The position numbers were made by a program, and so were the translations under genes. 64,000 nt of DNA from the human T2T-CHM13v2.0 reference genome, Homo sapiens. Every line of letters starts with the position of its first letter. Within the stretch, counting starts at the first letter, position 1. The notes under the pieces were generated by a model that was not told where the DNA came from, did no database searches, and saw only the letters and a program-made list of their open reading frames with translations. Location: assembly GCF_009914755.1 (NCBI RefSeq), contig NC_060930.1; one strand, 5' to 3'. This document shows, one piece after another, positions 25,603-37,700 of this stretch.

Positions 25603-26106
25603 GTTGGTTCCCAGAGGGCAAGCAAGTCAGAGAGGGGCATCACACAGAGATGGGGAGAGAGAGAGAGAAAGAGAGTGAGCGAGCGAGCGAGCGGGAGAGC
25701 GCCTGAGAGGGGCCAGCTGCTTGCTCAGTTTCTAGCTGCCTGCCTGGTGACTGCTGCCTTCTCTGCTTTTAAGGCCCCTGTGGTGGGCTGCAGGCACTGG
25801 TCCAGCCTGGCGGGGCCTGTTCCGAGGTTGCCCTGGTTGCCTGAGTGGTAGGCTGGTGTGGCTTAGTGTAGTGGTGTGGACGCAAGCTGTGTGTTGTGTC
25901 CTGTGGTCCTTCTGCTCATAGTGGCTGTTGGTCCTGATGTTATTACTACCTCTGGTAGTAATGCTGAGAAGCTGAAAGCCGATTCCAGGTGTGGACAATG
26001 TCAACAAAGCACAGATGCTCTCGCTGGGGCCTTGCCTCGGCCCTTTGAAGTCTGCATGGCTGGGCTTCTCACTCACTCAGTGTTTCTTGCTGGGGGAAGG
26101 AATTGA

Positions 26107-26301
26107 GTCTCCCACTTCAGACTGGGCCTCCCTGAGGAAAGGGTTGTGTCTCCCCACTCAGACTGAGGTTCCCTGAGGGTAGGGCTGTGTCTCTCCCCTC
26201 CGACCTGGGCTCCCTGATAGGGCTGTCTCCCCGCTCAGACTGAGGCTCCCTCAGGCCAGGGCTATGTCTCCCTCCTCAGACTGGGGCTCTGAGGGCAAGG
26301 G
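26107..26301. repeat. Degenerate tandem array (about 5 units) in VEGFA intron 7, reverse complement of the 41.4-kb unit
   Basis: Repeated tgtctcccc..ctcagactg..gctccctgagg..agggc. Confidence 0.85.
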
Positions 26302-28055
26302 GTCTGGCTGTTCGTTTAGGATGGGGCAGTTTTGCCTACACACTGAAGGAGCTGTAGCATCCAAGAATACTAGATACCTTTAATCCTCCACCAGTCATGG
26401 TGACAACCCCAAGCAGCCCACACATTTTCAAGTGCCCCCAGGATGCGTGGAGGGAGGGGTCTGTGCCCATTCTCCTGACATTAGCCTGTGAGCTCCGTAA
26501 GCCCGGGCCTCGTTTACGTACCTTTGTGAGCCCCGGGCATCTGTACCTCTTTCCTTTGCCCATACTGGGGACCAAGGAAGTGTCAAGTGCATGAGTGAAT
26601 GTGTGACTCAGTTCAGAGGGTGAGGTCAGGAGCACAGGGTCGGGACAGGTGGCTGGCATCTTTTAATGCCTTAGCTTATGTTCTTTATACCAACTTGGCC
26701 TGTGCTCAGAGTGAGGGAGGCCCTGGGGGTCAGGGTAAGCGTCAGTCAGGGAGGCAAGACTTTGTGGGGATTTCCTAGACAGGGCCAAGGCACCCCCAGC
26801 TCACCCCGAGGCTGCGTTAGGGAAGTCCTTGGAGTGTCTCCCCTCCCCCAGCAATGTTCTTGTGGCTTGTGTGTGCTCAGGGGATGCTGGGAACCAGGCC
26901 TGGGTAGTTGGTGTGGGGTGCTGTCTGTCTTGGCCCTATGTGAAACCAAGAGGGCGTATATTAGTGCTGGGGTGGGGGCTCTGCCTAACTTCAGGGCTGG
27001 ATGAGGGGAGTCTCAGTTCCCCAGGGGTCCTTGGGAAAGATAAGGGACTTGACATTTTAGGGTTTTTAGGTGATTATTCTGCTGATGGGGGTTTGTGTGA
27101 AGTGACCTGGGAGCTAACTGAAGTTACTCTAACCTCCCAATACCTTTACCCAACCCCCAAGCTGGCTGTATCTGGGAATATCAGTTTCCAAAATTGGAGG
27201 CTTAGGACTCCGTTTCGGGGCTCCCCAGAAGGGTAGGGCCTGTTCTGCCTCCTTCTCACAATCACCCAGGGGCAGGGGCATGCTGAGAAAGTTCTTGGAG
27301 GCCCCCTTTGCTTCAGCTGGAGTAGTGAAGCCGCCGAATTGTCTCTCCCCATCCTAAGTGAAGCAGCATATTTGAAAGGAAAGACAACCTGTTACCTGGG
27401 CCTGCAACCTCCAGGCAGCTCAAGAGAGATGAGGCCTACAGCCACACTGGGAGGGGACATGGGGAATGGAGATGGTCCCTCACCTTCCTGGGGCCTCCTG
27501 CTCTACGCTACCCCCTCGGGAGCCTCCTGTCCCCAGGGCAGGCCCTTGCCATTGTTGGTCACCCGGCCAAGCCTCTCTGCCTCAGGCGTTCTCCCAGAAG
27601 ATCTGCCCACTCTCTTCCCCACACCAGCCCCTAGAGACTGAACTGAAAACCCTCCTCAGCAGGGAGCCTCTTCTGATTAACTTCATCCAGCTCTGGTCAC
27701 CCATCAGCTCTTAAAATGTCAAGTGGGGACTGTTCTTTGGTATCCGTTCATTTGTTGCTTTGTAAAGTGTTCCCATGTCCTTGTCTTGTCTCAAGTAGAT
27801 TGCAAGCTCAGGAGGGTAGACTGGGAGCCCCTGAGTGGAGCTGCTGCTCAGGCCGGGGCTCCCTGAGGGCAGGGCTGGGGCTGTTCTCATACTGGGGCTT
27901 TCTGCCCCAGGACCACACCTTCCTGTCCTCTCTGCTCTTATGGTGCCGGAGGCTGCAGTGACCCAGGGGCCCCCAGGAATGGGGAGGCCGCCTGCCTCAT
28001 CGCCAGGCCTCCTCACTTGGCCCTAACCCCAGCCTTTGTTTTCCATTTCCCTCAG

Positions 28056-28077
28056 ATGTGACAAGCCGAGGCGGTGA
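28056..28077 (+). CDS. VEGFA: VEGFA exon 8a coding part (CDKPRR-stop)
   Basis: cctcag|A TGT GAC AAG CCG AGG CGG TGA. Confidence 0.99.
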
Positions 28078-28121
28078 GCCGGGCAGGAGGAAGGAGCCTC
28101 CCTCAGGGTTTCGGGAACCAG

Positions 28122-28143
28122 ATCTCTCACCAGGAAAGACTGA
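28122..28143 (+). CDS. VEGFA: Distal exon 8b acceptor (SLTRKD-stop; reported VEGFxxxb isoforms)
   Basis: ccag|A TCT CTC ACC AGG AAA GAC TGA, 66 nt downstream of 8a. There is no pyrimidine tract, and in vivo use is debated. Confidence 0.6.
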
Positions 28144-28410
28144 TACAGAACGATCGATACAGAAACCACGCTGCCGCCACCACACCATCACCATCGACAG
28201 AACAGTCCTTAATCCAGAAACCTGAAATGAAGGAAGAGGAGACTCTGCGCAGAGCACTTTGGGTCCGGAGGGCGAGACTCCGGCGGAAGCATTCCCGGGC
28301 GGGTGACCCAGCACGGTCCCTCTTGGAATTGGATTCGCCATTTTATTTTTCTTGCTGCTAAATCACCGAGCCCGGAAGATTAGAGAGTTTTATTTCTGGG
28401 ATTCCTGTAG

Positions 28411-28510
28411 ACACACCCACCCACATACATACATTTATATATATATATATTATATATATATAAAAATAAATATCTCTATTTTATATATATAAAATATATA
28501 TATTCTTTTT
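28411..28510 (+). promoter_or_regulatory. 3'UTR hypoxia-stability region: CA-rich hnRNP L element followed by an AU-rich stem-loop (GAIT region)
   Basis: ACACACCCACCCACATACATACAT followed by an (AT)n tract. Confidence 0.8.
28465..28470 (+). terminator. Proximal polyadenylation signal AATAAA
   Basis: Canonical hexamer with downstream U/GU-rich sequence (28501-28540). Confidence 0.6.
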
Positions 28511-29975
28511 TTAAATTAACAGTGCTAATGTTATTGGTGTCTTCACTGGATGTATTTGACTGCTGTGGACTTGAGTTGGGAGGGGAATGTTCCCACTCAG
28601 ATCCTGACAGGGAAGAGGAGGAGATGAGAGACTCTGGCATGATCTTTTTTTTGTCCCACTTGGTGGGGCCAGGGTCCTCTCCCCTGCCCAGGAATGTGCA
28701 AGGCCAGGGCATGGGGGCAAATATGACCCAGTTTTGGGAACACCGACAAACCCAGCCCTGGCGCTGAGCCTCTCTACCCCAGGTCAGACGGACAGAAAGA
28801 CAGATCACAGGTACAGGGATGAGGACACCGGCTCTGACCAGGAGTTTGGGGAGCTTCAGGACATTGCTGTGCTTTGGGGATTCCCTCCACATGCTGCACG
28901 CGCATCTCGCCCCCAGGGGCACTGCCTGGAAGATTCAGGAGCCTGGGCGGCCTTCGCTTACTCTCACCTGCTTCTGAGTTGCCCAGGAGGCCACTGGCAG
29001 ATGTCCCGGCGAAGAGAAGAGACACATTGTTGGAAGAAGCAGCCCATGACAGCTCCCCTTCCTGGGACTCGCCCTCATCCTCTTCCTGCTCCCCTTCCTG
29101 GGGTGCAGCCTAAAAGGACCTATGTCCTCACACCATTGAAACCACTAGTTCTGTCCCCCCAGGAGACCTGGTTGTGTGTGTGTGAGTGGTTGACCTTCCT
29201 CCATCCCCTGGTCCTTCCCTTCCCTTCCCGAGGCACAGAGAGACAGGGCAGGATCCACGTGCCCATTGTGGAGGCAGAGAAAAGAGAAAGTGTTTTATAT
29301 ACGGTACTTATTTAATATCCCTTTTTAATTAGAAATTAAAACAGTTAATTTAATTAAAGAGTAGGGTTTTTTTTCAGTATTCTTGGTTAATATTTAATTT
29401 CAACTATTTATGAGATGTATCTTTTGCTCTCTCTTGCTCTCTTATTTGTACCGGTTTTTGTATATAAAATTCATGTTTCCAATCTCTCTCTCCCTGATCG
29501 GTGACAGTCACTAGCTTATCTTGAACAGATATTTAATTTTGCTAACACTCAGCTCTGCCCTCCCCGATCCCCTGGCTCCCCAGCACACATTCCTTTGAAA
29601 TAAGGTTTCAATATACATCTACATACTATATATATATTTGGCAACTTGTATTTGTGTGTATATATATATATATATGTTTATGTATATATGTGATTCTGAT
29701 AAAATAGACATTGCTATTCTGTTTTTTATATGTAAAAACAAAACAAGAAAAAATAGAGAATTCTACATACTAAATCTCTCTCCTTTTTTAATTTTAATAT
29801 TTGTTATCATTTATTTATTGGTGCTACTGTTTATCCGTAATAATTGTGGGGAAAAGATATTAACATCACGTCTTTGTCTCTAGTGCAGTTTTTCGAGATA
29901 TTCCGTAGTACATATTTATTTTTAAACAACGACAAAGAAATACAGATATATCTTAAAAAAAAAAAAGCATTTTGT

Positions 29976-29981
29976 ATTAAA
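29976..29981 (+). terminator. Distal polyadenylation signal ATTAAA
   Basis: Hexamer at the end of the AU-rich 3'UTR, with U-rich sequence downstream. Confidence 0.85.
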
Positions 29982-31304
29982 GAATTTAATTCTGATCTCA
30001 AAGCTCCTCTTGGTTTCTCCTTCTCCATTGAATCCTTGCTCTAGACTTCCTCCCGCCCCCTTTCCCTCTTCCTCTGGGGAACATGGCATTTGTCTTGGGT
30101 CTGGGAAAGGTACGTCTAATGTGTAGGATATGGGGTGACCCACCTTGTTGTGCTGGGGGCAAAGTCCTTCCATTTTGGCTGAGCTGGTCCTGGGGGAACC
30201 CATCCATCCTGTCTTGATATAGAAGGTGGGAAGCTCTGGGAATGGGTGGAGGGGGAGAAACAGCTTAGGAGCCAAGGGCCCTTGCAATTGGTAGTGCTGC
30301 CTTCAGGAATTAGATGATCCAGGCCCCTGTCCCTTAGCCAGGGAAAGAACTGGCCATGTCTCCAAGCTTGCTGCCCAGGAGACAGGAGAGAGCTGTTTTT
30401 GTCTGTGGGGGTCTTGTTGGCTGCAACAGGCTGGGAGTGGGAGGGGGATGCTGCTGGAGGGCTGTGACTCCAGGGTGTAACTTAATTTTACATAGTTTTA
30501 CACCCTGGAGTTCCTTGAGCCTCTGGAAGATGGACCCATAGGTTTGGTCACCACTGATGGGACTCCCTGCCCCAGCTTGCCATAAGCTCTTCTCTCACGT
30601 CCTGCTCCTGGGTAAGGTGGCACCTATCCAGGTCTTTGACACTGAAGGGCAGTGCTTCCAAATTCACTTCCTCTAGCCTCTCATTTATTCTTGCAAACCA
30701 TAGATATGGCTTGAATAAATATTGAGCCAGTCATTGTGCTGCTATGAATAAGACACAATTCCACCCCTCAAGGATCTGGTGAGGATGGGTGGGTGGGGAG
30801 ACCCAAAACTATAAATCCATGAGCAGAAAAATACATAAAATGTGCTGGGGGCATCTGATCTAGCTTGGGAGTGGGAGTTGTATTGGGGGTGGTGGCTGGG
30901 GGGTGGTGTCTTATGACATTATCTCTAGGCTGCCACTTAAAGTATGGTTTGAAGACAGGGAGAACGGGGCGGCGGAGTGAAAGGGTTGAGGACATCCCAG
31001 GCAGAAGGGATAGTGTGAGCAAGGCATGAAGGTGGCACTTGGGCAGGGGCAGGGAGTGGGTGGGCAGGGTGGAGGCTGGAGACACGGGCAAGGGTTAGCT
31101 CCAAGGGAGCCTGCAGCACCATGCCAAGAGCCTAGGGCCTGTCAGGGATGAGCAGCAGCCGAGGGGTTTTAAACACTGAGCGGCTCAGTCAGATAGACTT
31201 TTCCATAGGTGCCTGGCAACAGTATGGGAGGCAGAGAGGCCGGTAGAGGCTGTTGTGGTCTTCCAGGAGGAATTGTGCTGGTGGTGGGGAAGCACCTTTG
31301 GTGA

Positions 31305-31894
<590 letters not shown>

Positions 31895-32297
31895 TGACTC
31901 AAAACCTTCCAGAGATAGTTTTACTCGGAGAAAAACCCAAATGGCCTTAAAAGGCCTGCACCATTTGGGCTGCCTCCCTGACTACTCAATGACTTCGGGC
32001 CCCGCCTTGGCCACGTGGCTTCAGCCATGCTGGTTTCACTGTTCCTCAGATGCAGTGGGCATGCTCCTGCCACAGGGCCTTTGCACTGGCTGTCCTCTCT
32101 TCCTGGAGCACTCTTTCCTACACATGACCCATGTTGTTGGATCCCTCACTTTCAAGTCTTGTTACCTTCTCAGTGAGGCTTACCCTGACCACTGCATTTA
32201 CGATTGACCCCCCTTCCCACTCCACACTTGGGTACCTCCTTTTCACCATCCCTTCTTTTTCCGCTTAGTACCTGTAGCCACCTGACAGACTCTAGAA

Positions 32298-32972
32298 CAG
32301 TGCTACCCAACAGAAATATAGTGTGAGCCACTTATGGAGTTTAAAATTTTCCAGGCACCAGAGTTCGAAAGCTATAAAAAGGTAAAATTAATTTTAATAA
32401 TTTATTTTAGCTCCAACATATCTAGAATATCACTTCAGGATCTAATCAATGGAAACATTATTAATGAGTTTTTTTTTTTTTTTTTTTTTTTTTTGAGATG
32501 GAGTCTTGCTCTGTCACCCAGGCTGGAATGCAGTGGTGCAATCTTAGCTCACTGCAAGCTCTGCCTCCTGGGTTCAAGTGATTCTCCTGCCTGAACCTTC
32601 CGAGTAGCTGGGACTATGGGCGCACACCAACACGTCTGGCTAATTTTTGTATTTTTAGTAGAAATGGGGGTTTCACCATATTGGTCAGGCTGGTCTTGAA
32701 CTCCTGACCTAAGATGATCCACCTGCCTCGGCCTCCCAAAGTGCTGGGATTACAGGCATGAGCCACTGCGCCCAGCCTATTAATGAGAAATTGTATACTC
32801 TTTTGGTACTAAGTCTTTGCGTCTGTCCAAGGGCAGAAATTGGGTGAAAAGAAAAAATAAATCTTTGAATCTGGTGGGTGTTTTATATTTATCGCATGTC
32901 TCAATTAGTTGTAGCCACGTTTCGAGTGCTTAATATACACATGGCTAGTGGCTACCATTTCAGACAGAATAG
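32298..32972. mobile_element. hAT-Charlie MITE (MER33-like) interrupted by an Alu
   Basis: Ends cagtgctacccaacagaaatata... and ...ggctagtggctaccatttcagacagaatag; degenerate 8-bp TSD ctctagaa/ctttaaaa. Confidence 0.8.
32469..32777 (-). mobile_element. Alu (AluS-like) inside the MITE
   Basis: TSD tattaatgag on both sides. Confidence 0.96.
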
Positions 32973-34157
32973 CTTTAAAATGTACTCCCCCCTTTGTTTG
33001 TCTCCCCCAACTAGAATGCAAGCTCCATGAAGGAAGAGATTTTTGTCTGTTTTGTTCAATGTATCTCCAGCTCCTGGAACACAGTACATGCTCAATAAAC
33101 ATTTGTTAAATGACTGACATTGTTGAAACTGAGGCCTGGACCTGAAGGTTTCATCCCAAGACTACGGAGGTGAGTACAGGATTTCTACAGAGGTGCCAGG
33201 AGTTGTTGGTGAGGGTTAGCTGGACAGGTGGGGACTTAAGTGGGGATTGTCTAGAAGAAGTGAACTCAAAGTCAGCTGGTAGGGATTACAGCAGAGGCCT
33301 CTTTGTCAGTGCCAGTACCGTCTCCTCTTAGCCACCCTGGGGATGGGGCTCATTATTATTGCTTGGCAGATGAGAAGCAGGAGGCTCAGAGAAGGTAAAT
33401 AACTTGCCCGAATTTACACGCAGCCAGTAAATGGCCAAGCCAGAATTTAAACCAGCTTTTCTGACTCCAAATCTAGTGCTCTTTTTACCACACCACAGCT
33501 GCCTCAGGCTAGGGCAGGACATCAACAAATAAAAATGAATCGTCTAGACTCAATACAAACAGGGAAGAAGAAAAGTGGGACAGGGGGAGGATGTAGTGCT
33601 GGCCAAACCCAGGGCTGAAATCCAGACTTCCCCAAGTGTGGTAAGGCAAGGCAAGGCAAGAAAGAGATGTCTCCAGGGGCTGGGGCTCGTCAGTGGAAGA
33701 TCGGAAACCTAAGCATGCAAGAGATTGCAACACACGGCCTTAGATGAGAGAAACAGCCTTGAAACAGACCACGGAGAAAAGAAGGAGAACATGAAAATGC
33801 CACCTCCCCCAGTTGTATAAGACCTGCCCAGATACCCCCCTGGAGCCATTCCCAAGGATCTCTCCAGACCTAAGCAAGTCCCAGGGCCTACCCTGCCTTC
33901 CCAGATCATCTCCTCTCTGTGGGACTCACACCGCCTGGTCTAGCCACTGTTTCCTCTGGAGCTACCCAGTGCTCCTTCTCCTCTGTCTAGCCTGAGACTC
34001 TCCCTTCTCCAAGGAGCTGCCCATCCTGCTCCCGGCCCTGAAAGGCCTTTAGAGAGCCTGCTGGCCCACTCTCCTCCCTCCCACAAGAACTGAAAGGCTG
34101 ACGGGTGGATCCATACAAAACTTGGTGATTCTGGATCAATTTCGTGTGTTAGGATCA

Positions 34158-34725
34158 TTGTGGTGGCCAGTGTGCAAACATGGCTGTCAACAGTTCTTTC
34201 CATCCCTGTGCCCACGTGCTTTGCCCCCCAAGAAGTAGAGTCTATTTTTCCTCTTTTTGAATCTGGGCCGGCTTTATGACTTGCTTTGAATAAAAATGCA
34301 ACACAAGAGAGATATTCTGGGACTTTCAGGTCTAGGCATTGTAGTGTCAATTTTTGTCCTCTTGTAAGGCAGCTGCCAGGCTATAACTGTCCAAATACTC
34401 TACTGGAGAGAGAGACTGTGGAGAGACAGAGAGAGATAGGGGAAGAGAAACAGAGAGATAGAGGAAGAGAGAGACAGAGATGGAGAGAGAGAGAGAGGCT
34501 CAGCCAACTCCCAGCTGTTCCAACCACCTGAAGCTGAGGCACCAGACATGTGAGTGAAGTCACTTTGGATTCCCTAGCGCCAGGTGAGCCACTCTAGCCA
34601 ACAACACATAAAGTAGAGAGAAGCCATCCCTGCCCCAATTTAGTGAGTTGTAAGCAAATGTATGCACTGTGTTGTTTAAAGCTACTAAGTTTTGGGGTGG
34701 TTATTATTCCTCAATAATAACTGAG
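34158..34725 (+). mobile_element. MaLR solo LTR (MLT1-type) with an internal GA tract
   Basis: gtagagtctatttttcctc...gaatctggg...gacttgctttga; 3' end gctactaagttttggggtggtt. Confidence 0.75.
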
Positions 34726-37700
34726 CCATCTAACAAAACAGTCATTTCCTTGGCATTAGGGTGTTTGTCCCTTCCCATCCATAAGGTTTAACTGGTATTC
34801 ATGAAGTGGATGGAGGGATGTTCAAGGAAAGAAGGGTGTGTTTATAAGGGAATCAGAGACCAGGCATCTGCCATGGTGGTAAGTTTGGTGAGAAGTCAGG
34901 GTAAGGGCTGACCCAGGCAGGACAAAATATTGTCCTAATTTCTAGAGTGAGGAGAGTGACTTGGTTGTACTGGAGTCTTACCAAGAGAAAGTGGGCCTCA
35001 CCTACAGCATGGGGGATAGAGGATAGAGGATGAGAAGAACTGCCAGAGAGCACAGCATGAGGGATTTGGAGGAAAAGACTGTGGAATCCTTTTCTTCCCT
35101 TCTTCCTTCCATCCTCCAGCGTTTATGGAATACCAGCCATATGTACTATGCCCTGGTGCAGGGATGGTCTCTCATTTACTAGGAGGGGCTTTAGCATGAG
35201 CCAGCCTAGAGGTGGGGGATGGATGGGCTGACCCTTGGAAGGCTCCATCAGGTTGGCTTCAGAGTTGCTGGGAGAGAGATAATTCAGCTACATCCGCAGG
35301 ACATTGTCCATTAGGACATGGGACTAGGGGAGGGCAGGGAAGGAATCAGTAAATATTTATAATCTGCCTAGAAAAGGAAAATGCAAGGCAAAGACAGGGC
35401 TTGACTGAGCATCTGCTGAGAAGGAACAGAAGGGGTGACGTGGAAGGGGAAGAGCTAGAACCCAGGGAGCAGTGAGTCAGAGGAAAGGGCCCACTAGGCA
35501 CAGGTGCCTATGGTGCAAGGCTGGGCTTGAGTCTCCCAGGACAAGAGGGGGCCAGGATCTGACAAAGATTTTCAAAGGCTGCGTTTGCCTTTGGGGAGTT
35601 AGTCTCTCTATGAGGGAAGTGCAAGTACTGCTCCCAGGGAGCTCCCAGTCTCAAGGAGGATTGACATGGCCCTGGCCCTCAGGATGCTCCCAGTCCTTAC
35701 AGAGTATCTAATCTGAGGGAGGAGACAGAGCTTCTGCCATCAGACATTTCTTTGGATACTAGTTTCGGGAAGGCACCACCCTGCCACCATTTGGCTGTTG
35801 CACTGTTCGGAGTCACCGGATGCTGGTACCCCATCCTTCCCTCCACTCTTGGTGCGCATTCACAATGCTCACAGGGCTTCTCTTGTGTTTGTCATCAGCC
35901 ATGCGTGGCTCACCAGCCTGGGCCCTGATTTTCTCCACACATCCCCTGACGGTCCCTGGGTCTGGCTCCAAGTGGAGCAGATGCTAGCACATGTCCCTTT
36001 CCTGGGCTTCTCCTGTCTCCTCTCCTGGAGAGGCCTGAGAACCCTGTTCATCAGCTCCTCAGACTTCCTGCAGGAAGACTGTTCCCCTACTGCCTGTCTG
36101 TAGCTCATCCAGCTGTCCTGGGGCTGGAAGCTTCTGAGGAGGTGATGCCCTGTGAGGCCCGGCCATAGGGACCTCTCTTTGGATGCCTCTGCAGAGCCTA
36201 ATCTGGGCCGCCCTAAGTCCCATCAAGACTTCTGACAGATCTAGATTGGAATCCTGGGTCTGCCACTGGAGAAATTACTTGCCTGCACCTCAACTTTCTC
36301 ATCTAAAATGGGCACAGTAACACCTACATGATGGAGTTTGAGGGCCTGAAGTGACATTGACATGTAAAAGTACCTCATGAAGTGACTGGTACATAGGATG
36401 TCCTAAAAAAAAAAGTCATTATCATCTTGTTGTTATTCTAGTCTCCATGCCAATGCTTTTTCCTCTCTGAGTGCCCCCTTTAGTACATTTTGGTTGTTTG
36501 TGGGGCTTTTTTCCCACTTTTTAAAAAAACCTGAAATGGTCTGGCTGGATTTTATAACCATTTTTGCAAGCATGCATCCTTACTCTCCTGCTGAGGAGTG
36601 AGGCACGCCAGGGCAGGTTCAGCCCTGGAGCCCAGCAGTGAGAGAAAGGGATTGGACTGAAGGGAAAAGAGGGTGTGGAGAGCCCTTCCTGGTAGGGATG
36701 ATGCCCTGTGGCTTTGAACCCAGGACCAGGTACAAGGTGGGCTTGCATGAGTATTTGTAGAATTAATGAACAAATGAACAGGAGCAGAATGCATGGCCAA
36801 TCTTCTCTTAGGTCCCCCAAACACACTGGGAACCTCCAGTCTGATGGAGGAGGCCGGATGTCCACCCTTATACACACAGCTGTGCTCTGGGCAAGAAATG
36901 CTGAGGCTGGGCAGGGCTGCTTGGGCCAGGCTGCAGTGGACGGATGCCCCCAGGGCTGTCTTCAGAAGCTCCCTCAAGGTGGAAACCTGTCTGTTCCAGG
37001 ATGTTTAGGTGAAATGATTTGTGGTATAGGTATGGAAGGGCCTCTGGGACCCAGGCAGGGGAGAAGCCCTTCCCTGGGACTTTGGAGAGCTGGGAGCTGC
37101 CATCTCCTGGGGAGGCCACAAGAGGATGTCTTCTGGGGAAATATTCAGGGAGGGTGTTTGCTTTTGGCTCCCAAAGGCATCTCCACCCCCACCCCAGGTC
37201 TCCCCTACTTCACTCCCCAGGGTTCCCTCCCAGCTGCTCTCCTGGCCAGCCTGAGATAGAGAGAGGATGGCAGGGCTTGCTGGGCCCCTGAGGCTGGGAC
37301 TGGTGGGGAAGGTCTGGCCCCAGCAGATGCCCTCCTGAGGCGTCCTCGCTTCTGGAGCGAGACTCCTACTATAGATCTTCTTTCACACGGGTACATCCAC
37401 ACGGGCTCGCACACACACAAGTGTGACAGGGGTCACTATTGCCAGTCACGGGGCAGCCGCCTGGTTGGGTAAGGGTTCCTAGGGGCTGGGTGAGGCCCAG
37501 CTGGGGGAGCCAGCATCTCGGGACGAGCCCCCATGGGGCTGGGGGTTGGGGGCTGACCTGGCTGCGGTCCCATGACCCAGAGCTGCCCTCTGGGAACTGC
37601 TGACTGTTCAGCAATAAACACCTCATGGCTATTAATAGTCTTCTGTGTGGCAGCCCAGAATTGATAACACTGGGTCACTTCTGGCCTGGCCCAGCCTGAC

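Larger units (their letters stand above)
13722..30002 (+). other. VEGFA: VEGFA transcription unit (8 exons)
   Basis: Exons 1-5, 7 and 8a sum to 66+52+197+77+30+132+22=576 nt, i.e. 191 aa plus stop (pre-VEGF165). The TSS is placed 1038 nt upstream of the ATG (established 5'UTR length). The 3' end is estimated from ATTAAA at 29976-29981. Confidence 0.98.
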
